From a virus: a DNA stretch of 64,000 nucleotides. This document shows positions 1-8,370 of the stretch, piece after piece. The notes below the pieces were generated by a model that ran no database searches, had not been told where the DNA came from, and saw only the letters and a program-made list of their open reading frames with translations. How positions within the stretch are numbered: position 1 is the stretch's first letter; every line of letters begins with the position of its first letter. The DNA lies in IMG/VR virus record IMGVR_UViG_3300014203_000017. One strand, written 5' to 3'. A program made the translations under genes and the position numbers.

Positions 1-306
1 GTTGTTAGTTTAGGTGTTTGTGCTTCAATACCTAGCGACGAAGTGTTGTTAATTATGCCAAGAAGTGGTTTGGGTTTCAAATATGGCATGAGATTAGCTA
101 ACACTGTTGGAGTTATTGACTCTGATTATTTCAACGCTGATAACGAAGGGCATATTAAAGTTAAAATTGTTTGTGATAAGCCATGTAGTTTGAAAGCTGG
201 CGACAGAATTTGTCAGGGCATTATAGTAAAGTATTCAACTTTTGAAGGCGAAACTAGTGTCGAGACTAAACGCGTTGGTGGTTTTGGTTCAACAGACAAA
301 AAATAA
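1..306 (+). CDS. dut: Trimeric dUTPase, 5'-truncated by the window edge
   Basis: Frame is open from base 1; motifs PRSG, GVIDSDY, RICQ and C-terminal RVGGFGST. Confidence 0.95.
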   Translation, partial: VVSLGVCASIPSDEVLLIMPRSGLGFKYGMRLANTVGVIDSDYFNADNEGHIKVKIVCDKPCSLKAGDRICQGIIVKYSTFEGETSVETKRVGGFGSTDKK

Positions 307-308
307 AT

Positions 309-337
309 TTGATTTTACTCTTTTTCCGTGATATAAT
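309..337 (+). promoter_or_regulatory. SigmaA-type promoter with extended -10
   Basis: TTGATT (309-314), 17 bp, TATAAT (332-337), TG at 329-330; 8-bp dyad TTACTCTT/AAGAGTAA at 315-322 and 338-345. Confidence 0.85.
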
Positions 338-373
338 AAGAGTAATAAAAGATAAAAGATAAAAGGAGAAAAT

Positions 374-583
374 ATGGTTACTTTAAGAAAGACTACGGTT
401 GAAAATCGTTGTGAAAGTGAAGTCGAAGTTGAAGATCTTATAGCAAAAGCAAAAGAAAATGCTAGAGGTGTTATAACTTATAAAACAACTTACAAAACCA
501 AAAAAGTTAAAGGCGAAATAGTTGACTTTTGGTGGATAGTTGCTATTACCGAAGATTTTACACAAATAGACAATCCAGAATAA
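374..583 (+). CDS. Small hypothetical phage protein (69 aa)
   Basis: AAGGAG RBS, ATG, own promoter and downstream terminator. Confidence 0.85.
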   Translation: MVTLRKTTVENRCESEVEVEDLIAKAKENARGVITYKTTYKTKKVKGEIVDFWWIVAITEDFTQIDNPE

Positions 584-590
584 TTTTTTT

Positions 591-693
591 CACAAGAGTA
601 TTGACAAGACACGCCAAAGAGCGGCAAACACACATTATTTAATAAGAAGATAATCTTAATCGTGGTTAGGGTAAAATTTCTTAAACTCTTGTG
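591..693 (+). ncRNA. Candidate structured RNA in the 3' UTR
   Basis: Closing stem CACAAGAGT (591-599) / ACTCTTGTG (685-693) encloses two possible internal hairpins; no credible ORF. Confidence 0.35.
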
Positions 694-703
694 TTATAAT
701 ATT

Positions 704-729
704 AAACCTTCTTCAATGAAGGTTTTTTT
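704..729 (+). terminator. Intrinsic terminator
   Basis: AAACCTTC-TTCAAT-GAAGGTTT followed by a T run. Confidence 0.85.
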
Positions 730-733
730 GTAT

Positions 734-762
734 TTGAAAAATTACTCATATTATGCTATACT
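734..762 (+). promoter_or_regulatory. SigmaA-type promoter for the fibre cassette
   Basis: TTGAAA, 17 bp, TG-C-TATACT. Confidence 0.8.
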
Positions 763-787
763 AATGATAGAATAGAGGTTAAATATT

Positions 788-1195
788 ATGAAAAAAGTAA
801 TGTATTATATAATATCGTGGACTTGGGGATTGCCTATGACTTTAATGGGCGCAGTGGTTGCTCTAGTACTTTTAGTTACAGGACATAAACCACAACATTT
901 TTATTATAATACTTACTTTGAGGTTGGAGAACATTGGGGCGGACTTGAAGCGGGCATGTTTTTCTTCAAAGAAAAGAACAAAAGTCTTCATATAAAACAA
1001 CATGAAGCTGGTCATGGGATACAAAATCTTATACTCGGACCATTCATGCCAATTATTGTTAGTATACCAAGTGCTATTCGTTATTGGTATAGAATAATAA
1101 AAATTAGACACAATCCTAACTGTGTTTTGCCGCCATATGACTCAATCTGGTTTGAAGGTTGGGCGACAAAGTTGGGCGAAAAATATTTTAAGTAA
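788..1195 (+). CDS. Small membrane protein with HExxH motif (zinc metallopeptidase-like)
   Basis: Hydrophobic N-terminal helix, HEAGH motif, second hydrophobic segment, downstream WFEG glutamate; GAGG RBS. Confidence 0.7.
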   Translation: MKKVMYYIISWTWGLPMTLMGAVVALVLLVTGHKPQHFYYNTYFEVGEHWGGLEAGMFFFKEKNKSLHIKQHEAGHGIQNLILGPFMPIIVSIPSAIRYWYRIIKIRHNPNCVLPPYDSIWFEGWATKLGEKYFK

Positions 1196-1213
1196 TTCAA
1201 GAGGTAAAGAATA

Positions 1214-4200
1214 ATGAATAATATTCCTGAAATACAAGCTCGTATAGGCTTAAGAAAAGATACGACATCTGAATGGCTTGCACACGCATCTGAAAACTAT
1301 TTTTTTGATGGCGAGGTTATTGCAAGTTATGATGAACAAGATGGAACACGTTACAATTATCAAATAAAAGTTGCCGCAAAAGACAACTCTCGTTGGAGTG
1401 ATTTGGGCGATAGCCAAACTTTTTATGCTGGTCGTGGCGCGGGCGTGTTAGATGCCTCACCCACCAATAGTGGTATTTTAAATACGGTAGCTCAATCAAT
1501 AGGTGGTGAAAAAACTTTTGAAAAGAACATCACAACAAAAGAATATGTAAATATTTATAAAGATACATTAAATTATTTTTTGTTATATAGCGACCATTTA
1601 TATGTAAAGAATGTTGGTGTTGGCGCTACCTTTAGATTTCCTGAAGAAGGCGGCACATTTTTAACAGACCAAAACTTTAATCCAGACAATTATCCTGAAT
1701 TTAAAGGCGACCCAGGTGTTGGTTATAATTGGCGCGGTAGTTATGATGCAAGTAACCCCATCGGCTATTTTAAAAACGATACGGTAGAATATCAAGGAAG
1801 TTTATATGTTTGCACCTCTGAACAACAAATTTGGGGTGATTTTAATGGTGACTATTGGGATCTTATGGCGGAAAAAGGCGCACGAGGTGAACAAGGTGTT
1901 AAAGGCGATAAAGGCGATAAAGGCGACCCAGGTGAACAAGGTGTTAAAGGACAACCATCTGGTATAAGGTGGAGATATAGTAATGTTGTCACACCAGACG
2001 GAATACAATCAGGCTATTTTAGATTTAACGCTTCTGCAAGTTCTCCTGAGTCAATTACGACTATTTATATAAATAATACATGTTTTGATACACAAGATAT
2101 GGCAGGTTATTTGGGAACTTGGAGTAATGGTTCGTTAACAATTTTAGGTTCTGATAATGGCGGCAAGTCATGGGACAATAGTGAGATTTTAATTTTTAAA
2201 ATTAATTCTATCACAGAACAATCTGGTTATTTTGCTTTATCAGTTACTTATTTATCTGGTTCTAGTGATGTAGTAGAAATTGCTGATATTTGTTTCTTTC
2301 AATTTTCAAAAGCTGGTTCTATAACTGAATTGGTGAAAAGTGGTGTAGGAAATGCAATTACTAATTTAAGTTTATCAGATGGTGTGTTAACATACACTAA
2401 AGCCGAAACTTTTGCTCTTCAATCAGGAATGCATAGTATAAATATACACTATAACCATCCTTCAAATTTAGGTTTTGAAGTCGAATATACAGGTATTTTA
2501 GATTTACTTGTTGATAAAACTATTTATGGTCTGAGTGCAATTACTAGAAGATTACAAGATAATAGTTATATTAATATTGGTTTGCGTGATATAAATGGTA
2601 CAATGGCTCTTCTTTCAGATATACCCGTACCTGACGAAAGTTTAAGTAGTCTTTCTACCAATGCTGTGCAAAACAAAACAATTTATAATGCTTTAAATTT
2701 AAAAGCTGATAAAGCGAGTCCATTTTTTACAGGTACTGCAACGACAGAGAATTTGATTGTAAATGGCGATTTTACTGTGAATGGTACAAATACTATTGTT
2801 AATACTGAGACAGTATCTACAAAAGATAATTTAATTCAATTAGCGAGAGATAATACTGCGGCGCTAACTAACTATGTTGGTTTTTATGTAAATAATTATG
2901 ATGGCACCAATTCTGGCGCCATAGTTTTTGATGCAACTGGAACGGCTTATGTTGGTGATGTAGTAGTGAATCCTGATGGAACAATTTCACCAATAGATAG
3001 TGGCGCTACTAGTAGTGCAAGTTCATTACAGCCTCTTGCGACTAGAAATAGTACTATTGCACATGAGTCATTGGTTGAATGGGATAATATTAATAAAACT
3101 TTAAAAGGTACTACAAGTAATTATTTGAAGGATATAGGCGGAGAATTGAATGGATCTTTTAAATTCAATACTGCTGCATATAAAGGAATATATTGGGGCG
3201 AGCAACATGAAGACAGTGCGGCTCACTCTGGCACTTGGGCATATATTCGTCAAGCTGCAAGTGGTGGGCAACTTGAAATTGGTTCGGACGCTCTCGTTAC
3301 TTTTTTTGAAACAGACTCACGAGCTCGAGTTGGTTATTTTGACTTAAATAATAAATTTATTAATTGGGGTGGAGATATTCGCACTAATACAAAATTTAAA
3401 GAAGGAGACACGTACTTAGAGGATAAGTATGCTGGTTTAGCTGCTGCTAATACATACTCTGGTAGTGTTAACGAATTCCAACACGATGTCGAGGTCCATG
3501 GACTTTTTTCAGTCCATCATTCTTATTGGACAACAAAACTTAACATTTATTATGATAGAATAAGTCATGGTGACTTAGTTATGTATGATATTTATTATCC
3601 TAATAAGAGTGGTACTTTTGCACTTTTTGAAGATGTAGCTACACTTGAAAATAGTCTTTTAAATGGAGAGATTATTACCGATAGGGCTAGAAAAGATTCA
3701 TCTGGAAATGTTTTAAACAATAAATATGTTAAATATAATGAAGAAGACGTTATTACAAATGGAGATTTTTCTGATGGGACTACTGGCTGGGTTGCATTAA
3801 ATGCGGTGGCTGAAGTTAACAATAATGAGATTACGCTTACAAACACTTCAGGTGCAAGTGTTTTTGGAATATATAGTGCAAATCATGACTCAAAAATAGT
3901 CGGACATTCATATTATATAAAAGTTAATATAAGTGTTCCAAGCATTACTAATTTTATTAAATTAAATGAAGCCGCATCTGGTAGTGTTGAATTATATAAC
4001 ACTGTACCCAATGAATATCAAATGCAAAGTATGCTTTATGAATACGACGATGGTGAAAATGCAAATACAACTATATATTATAGATATGGTACAGTAAATA
4101 GTCAAATTAAAATAAAAGATGTACATGAATATGATGTAACTGCCTTAGTTGCTGCAGGTTTAACAAAAGAAGATTTAGATATTTTATTCGAAAACCCTAC

Positions 4201-7102
4201 TGAGTATTCAATAGAAAAAATAAAAAAGATAATTTCTGGAAACCAACAAGTTGGAAATGCTTTAACTTTTAATGGGATAGAAGGTGGCATGGGCACAGGT
4301 ACGAATGCTTTCCATATAGGACATAATACCACTTCTAATGGAGATAATTCTGTGGCTGTTGGTTATGCTTCAGCATCTCGTGTTTATGGAGGTTCGGCGT
4401 TCGGTTACAATGCTAGTGCTGGCGGATATAGAGCGGTAGCATTAGGATGCGATTCCAATGCTATAGCCGCATCGACAGCAGTGGGTGGATATTCATATGC
4501 AAATAAAGATTATGCTATCGCATTGGGAAACTATGCAAAATCTTATATACCATACTTATTTTCTGTCGATGGTTTTAACACATCTAATACTCCCGTTAAT
4601 AGATATATGGGTTTAAAATCACCAGATTATTTATTCTTTAGAAATGAAGATGTAAATTCTAGTAAGAATACTCTTGAAAGTTATTTGAATGGAAAGACAC
4701 TTCAAGATTATCTTGATGAAAAAGCAGATAATACAACAACTGACGCACTTGATACTAGAGTAACTCAAAACGAAAACGATATAAGAGATAATTCTAATGA
4801 TATATCTTCTAATTCAACTAAGATTAATACTAACACATCAAATATTTCAAGTAATACAAATGATATTACTACCAATACAAACTCTATTGCGTCTATTACA
4901 CACTCTATTGCGTCTATTATTCATGGAGAGACAACTGTTGGCTACGCTGATTATGCTACACGATTAGCAACCTCAAAAGGTAGTTCAACGATTCCTGTTT
5001 ATTTTGATGATGGTGTTCCTAAAGAATGTGATTTAAGTAGTACTTATTTAGGAATTGCTGGTACAGCTACAAACTCTGACAAACTAGGCGGTCGCGATGA
5101 TGATTATTATATCTATGGTACAAACGCTAGTGGTTCAGGCTCAGCCTCGAATGTTTGGGTTCAAACAGATAAAACACAGTATAAATCTGGTTTTTGGAAT
5201 GTAAATGCAGCAAGTTGGATGCCTAGTTCTGGTTATTGGTGGGGTGTTACTATAGCTTGTACGGATAATACTCCTTCCTATTTAGTTGGTGCTCAAATGG
5301 CATTTAGTAATAGTACAAGCCCTGAATTTAAGTACAGAGGATTGACCGGTGGGGCATCTGTATCAACAGGTTCTTGGAAGACAGTTGCAAACCTAGAAGA
5401 TACTCAAACATTTAGTGGAACTAAGACATTTAGTAGTATAAACAATAACGGTGAGATTACAGGAGGACATATACGCAGTTCTATCATAGATATTCACCCA
5501 GAGAATTCTGGTTCTTTACTTACATATTACACTAATGATTTAGCAAACTTTTATGAACGTGGTGGTACGATGACAATAACAGGAGTGAATTCTAGTGGTG
5601 TTGCTACATCACCGAGTCTTAGTAGCCCTTCTAATTCTTTTGATGGAACACCGTCATACTCTGTATTTTCTGGAGTGAGTTTAACTGATGTTATTACCTT
5701 AAATTTAGTTTTACCACAAACATATTCTTGGACAAGTAATTTTGGTATAGGTTTTGGTAATTCTGGTTGGAGAGCTAAAGATGTTATTATTGAATCTGGT
5801 TATTACAATGGTTCGACTACGGTATGGAAAACCGTACTTAATGTAACAAATAGCATTCATGGTACTTTAAATGTAAGATCTGGTGGGCCTGGTACAAGCG
5901 AAGGAGGAACTAGTGACGGTAAAACTAATAGAATGCGTATAACTTTAACTAACTTTAACAGTTCTATTCAACGTATAGCTCAAATATGGCTAGTTAATTA
6001 TCGCAGTAAGGGTTTAGGTAGTGCCTATATGCTTCGTGCTGGTGGTGAAATGTTTGGAACTATGTATCCCTATAAAGATACTAGTTATGATTTGGGAAAA
6101 GCAGCTAATGAATTTAGAAGTGTTTATGCTACAACACTTTACGAAGGTGGGGTGTCGCTTTCTAGTAAATACTTAGGTATAAATGCTACAGCAGCCAACG
6201 CTTTGAAATTAGGTGGAACACCTGCTGCTGACTACGCTTTAAAAACTGATATACCTAGTTTAAGTGGTTATGCTACTGAGGCCGGTCTTAACAACTTTAC
6301 AGGAACAAATAATTTTAGTGGCGACTGCCAGTTTACAGGCTATACAACCTTAGGCACTACAACAATCAATGATTTGTGGCTTAATGAATGTAGCATTAGT
6401 GCTGGAGAAGATACAGAGGGCATTTCACGTTTAACCGTTGACGGCAATAATGTTGCTTTAATAAGCGATATACCTGATGTTAGCGGTATAGCTACCAACG
6501 CTAACGATATAGATGACATATTAGATGGAACTCAAATTGTAGGAAATGCTAACAAGTTGGGTGGGGTGGGTGCCGCTTCTTATGTAAAATACTCAACAGA
6601 TACTAAAAATATACAAATAAACTATAATAGTTATAATACACAAGGTACAAGATATGGCTATATTGTAAATGACGCGCAAATGGTAGGTCAAACGAATTAT
6701 ACGTTTGGTAAAATTGAATATGCAACATACTCTTACTTCTTTCCACAAAAAACTGGAACCCTTGCCATGACATCAGATATACCTAGTTTAAGTGGTTATG
6801 CTACTGAAGATTGGGTAAACAATAAAGGCTATTTGACTTTAAGCTCTAATAAGATTACAGGAACTTCATTTAATGGAACTTACCCTTTGGTTGTGAATGT
6901 AGATGGAAAACTTTATAGTGATGGCAATATTAAATATACTGGTTCTAGTGACACTTTTGATGTTGGGAATATAGTAGCCACTACTATTAAAGAGAATGGA
7001 ACGCTACTTTCTAATAAGTATGCTGCGAAAAAAGCTACAGCTGATACTTATGGTGGTGTTAAGATATACAGTGACGGCACCACACTACATATAGAGGTAT
7101 AA
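1214..7102 (+). CDS. Giant mosaic tail fibre / adhesin (1962 aa)
   Basis: N-terminus resembles the Mtd_N/hyaluronidase anchor (RIGLRKDTTSEW...DGEV...IKV...RWSDL); CBM5/12-like WRGSY..Y.KNDTVEYQGSLYVC; collagen GXY run; CBM-like GDFSDGTTGW; YadA-like head repeats and an IxxNTxx stalk; repeated GTxALxSDIP and LSSKYLG fibre motifs. Confidence 0.85.
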   Translation: MNNIPEIQARIGLRKDTTSEWLAHASENYFFDGEVIASYDEQDGTRYNYQIKVAAKDNSRWSDLGDSQTFYAGRGAGVLDASPTNSGILNTVAQSIGGEKTFEKNITTKEYVNIYKDTLNYFLLYSDHLYVKNVGVGATFRFPEEGGTFLTDQNFNPDNYPEFKGDPGVGYNWRGSYDASNPIGYFKNDTVEYQGSLYVCTSEQQIWGDFNGDYWDLMAEKGARGEQGVKGDKGDKGDPGEQGVKGQPSGIRWRYSNVVTPDGIQSGYFRFNASASSPESITTIYINNTCFDTQDMAGYLGTWSNGSLTILGSDNGGKSWDNSEILIFKINSITEQSGYFALSVTYLSGSSDVVEIADICFFQFSKAGSITELVKSGVGNAITNLSLSDGVLTYTKAETFALQSGMHSINIHYNHPSNLGFEVEYTGILDLLVDKTIYGLSAITRRLQDNSYINIGLRDINGTMALLSDIPVPDESLSSLSTNAVQNKTIYNALNLKADKASPFFTGTATTENLIVNGDFTVNGTNTIVNTETVSTKDNLIQLARDNTAALTNYVGFYVNNYDGTNSGAIVFDATGTAYVGDVVVNPDGTISPIDSGATSSASSLQPLATRNSTIAHESLVEWDNINKTLKGTTSNYLKDIGGELNGSFKFNTAAYKGIYWGEQHEDSAAHSGTWAYIRQAASGGQLEIGSDALVTFFETDSRARVGYFDLNNKFINWGGDIRTNTKFKEGDTYLEDKYAGLAAANTYSGSVNEFQHDVEVHGLFSVHHSYWTTKLNIYYDRISHGDLVMYDIYYPNKSGTFALFEDVATLENSLLNGEIITDRARKDSSGNVLNNKYVKYNEEDVITNGDFSDGTTGWVALNAVAEVNNNEITLTNTSGASVFGIYSANHDSKIVGHSYYIKVNISVPSITNFIKLNEAASGSVELYNTVPNEYQMQSMLYEYDDGENANTTIYYRYGTVNSQIKIKDVHEYDVTALVAAGLTKEDLDILFENPTEYSIEKIKKIISGNQQVGNALTFNGIEGGMGTGTNAFHIGHNTTSNGDNSVAVGYASASRVYGGSAFGYNASAGGYRAVALGCDSNAIAASTAVGGYSYANKDYAIALGNYAKSYIPYLFSVDGFNTSNTPVNRYMGLKSPDYLFFRNEDVNSSKNTLESYLNGKTLQDYLDEKADNTTTDALDTRVTQNENDIRDNSNDISSNSTKINTNTSNISSNTNDITTNTNSIASITHSIASIIHGETTVGYADYATRLATSKGSSTIPVYFDDGVPKECDLSSTYLGIAGTATNSDKLGGRDDDYYIYGTNASGSGSASNVWVQTDKTQYKSGFWNVNAASWMPSSGYWWGVTIACTDNTPSYLVGAQMAFSNSTSPEFKYRGLTGGASVSTGSWKTVANLEDTQTFSGTKTFSSINNNGEITGGHIRSSIIDIHPENSGSLLTYYTNDLANFYERGGTMTITGVNSSGVATSPSLSSPSNSFDGTPSYSVFSGVSLTDVITLNLVLPQTYSWTSNFGIGFGNSGWRAKDVIIESGYYNGSTTVWKTVLNVTNSIHGTLNVRSGGPGTSEGGTSDGKTNRMRITLTNFNSSIQRIAQIWLVNYRSKGLGSAYMLRAGGEMFGTMYPYKDTSYDLGKAANEFRSVYATTLYEGGVSLSSKYLGINATAANALKLGGTPAADYALKTDIPSLSGYATEAGLNNFTGTNNFSGDCQFTGYTTLGTTTINDLWLNECSISAGEDTEGISRLTVDGNNVALISDIPDVSGIATNANDIDDILDGTQIVGNANKLGGVGAASYVKYSTDTKNIQINYNSYNTQGTRYGYIVNDAQMVGQTNYTFGKIEYATYSYFFPQKTGTLAMTSDIPSLSGYATEDWVNNKGYLTLSSNKITGTSFNGTYPLVVNVDGKLYSDGNIKYTGSSDTFDVGNIVATTIKENGTLLSNKYAAKKATADTYGGVKIYSDGTTLHIEV
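1885..1950 (+). repeat. Collagen-coding direct repeats
   Basis: AGGTGAACAAGGTGTTAAAGG at 1885-1905 and 1930-1950; TAAAGGCGACCCAGGTG at 1702-1718 and 1918-1934; tandem AAAGGCGAT units. Confidence 0.9.
4881..4919 (+). repeat. 21-bp-period tandem duplication (one coiled-coil heptad)
   Basis: ACTCTATTGCGTCTATTA at 4881-4898 and 4902-4919. Confidence 0.9.
6248..6807 (+). repeat. Perfect 32-bp direct repeat, 528 bp apart and in frame
   Basis: GATATACCTAGTTTAAGTGGTTATGCTACTGA at 6248-6279 and 6776-6807 (DIPSLSGYATE). Confidence 0.95.
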
Positions 7103-7112
7103 GGAGAAAATT

Positions 7113-8333
7113 ATGGCTTTAACATTTAATGGACTAAATATAAAAAACGTCATCTTTAAAAAAGATGGTGTTGAAACTAGCATGAATATAGTAGAAAACC
7201 AAGATGGAATAATTTGGTGTAAGCCATTTACTATTACATCTACACAAACCATGGGAGTTGATACAGTTACGATTTATAGAAGTTCGTCAAACGAACCTAG
7301 TGTTTCTGCGCCTGGTTATTTATCTTCTGGTGATACGGTCTACTATGGCGACAAACTCGAAGTATATGTGTCAATCTTAGATGGTTGGACTGGTGACAGT
7401 GGTACTGGTTATTTTACTGTAACATCTGATATTAGTATTAATGTTATTGCAACGAGTTCTATTTCTGCTCCTGTTATTAATGCTAGTATTGCATACAGTA
7501 GTTTTATTCAAGCATATACATTAACTGCAAAGATATATAACTTAAACGCATACAGCGTTACTGCGAGTATTTGGTTTTATAATAGCGATGATTCTATTGC
7601 GGGCAGTTATTTAAATTTTACCATAGCGGCGAATAGTAATGAGACAAAATCATATGCTGTTGATGGGTATAACGCCACAGCAAAAGCAACTCTAACTAAG
7701 AATGGTGCAACTTCGACAACCGAGTGGGGTTCTGTGACGGCTGCGACTGAAGCAGAAATGCTTGTATATTTAAGAGATACAGGAGGAGATATTGCGTTAA
7801 GTAGAAGTGGTGATGATTTAATACTGAGTTTTGCTGCATTTCCTGAAAAATATGCGTTATATGCTAATCAAAACAGTGAGATGTTATATACTCAAGTATT
7901 AAGACATAGAACAAATATGTATAGTTCTAAATCTGTAGTTGCTCCATATGCTAGATATGGTGGTTCTACTACTATGGCCTTTAGTTCTGACCCTAACAGT
8001 GAGAAAGTTAATAAAGTATTCTCCAGACCCCATAATTTAGGAAATACTGTATACGGAAGCAGTGGTCTTAATACAACCATATTTATAGGTTATCCTACAT
8101 ATAATGAGTTAAAAGCTGGCTATATGGTTATGGAGGGTGCTGCATCTGCTTTAGATGGATTCAGTTTACATGGTGATGGTTTTGGGAGAGATCCCGGGGC
8201 TAGTGGTTATTATCAATTAGTTGGTGTTGAGATGGGGGTCTTGCATGATAAAGAACACACTAACAACAGTAATTATACCAACTCAGATAATGGATATAGA
8301 ATGTTGTCTAATGTAATATACAATCAAAGTTAA
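7113..8333 (+). CDS. Fibre-associated beta-rich (Ig-like) protein, possible distal receptor-binding subunit (406 aa)
   Basis: AGGAG RBS directly after the fibre; S/T/G-rich beta composition; N-terminal LTFNG..I..V.F...IW.K and LSSGDTVYYGDKL motifs typical of phage virion accessory proteins. Confidence 0.55.
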   Translation: MALTFNGLNIKNVIFKKDGVETSMNIVENQDGIIWCKPFTITSTQTMGVDTVTIYRSSSNEPSVSAPGYLSSGDTVYYGDKLEVYVSILDGWTGDSGTGYFTVTSDISINVIATSSISAPVINASIAYSSFIQAYTLTAKIYNLNAYSVTASIWFYNSDDSIAGSYLNFTIAANSNETKSYAVDGYNATAKATLTKNGATSTTEWGSVTAATEAEMLVYLRDTGGDIALSRSGDDLILSFAAFPEKYALYANQNSEMLYTQVLRHRTNMYSSKSVVAPYARYGGSTTMAFSSDPNSEKVNKVFSRPHNLGNTVYGSSGLNTTIFIGYPTYNELKAGYMVMEGAASALDGFSLHGDGFGRDPGASGYYQLVGVEMGVLHDKEHTNNSNYTNSDNGYRMLSNVIYNQS

Positions 8334-8335
8334 AT

Positions 8336-8364
8336 TTGAAAATTCACTTAAAACAAGTTATAAT
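8336..8364 (+). promoter_or_regulatory. SigmaA-type promoter with no ORF before the next terminator
   Basis: TTGAAA (8336-8341), 17 bp, TATAAT (8359-8364). Confidence 0.75.
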
Positions 8365-8370
8365 ATAATT

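Noticed and set aside
558-635. 25-aa Cys-rich hydrophobic ORF on the - strand (type I toxin-like)
   Set aside because: No RBS or promoter on that strand; overlaps the 374-583 gene end
661-671. CGTGGTTAGGG matches, from memory, the 5' end of the env25 pistol ribozyme
   Set aside because: The P1 partner CCACG and pseudoknot partner CCCTAA are absent downstream, so the pistol fold cannot form
675-700. AATTTCT-taa-ACTCTTGT resembles a Cas12a repeat handle (AATTTCTACTCTTGTAGAT, from memory)
   Set aside because: A 3-nt insertion and a different 3' end break the handle hairpin; single AT-rich copy, likely chance
601-700. Perfect TTGACA at 601 and TG-T-TATAAT at 692-700
   Set aside because: The two are not paired: no -10 box 17 bp after 601, no good -35 for 695, and the latter would fire straight into a terminator
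4255-7140. ALTFNG occurs both inside the fibre and at the start of the next gene
   Set aside because: Only about 17 bp of imperfect identity with no extension; not a convincing recombination site
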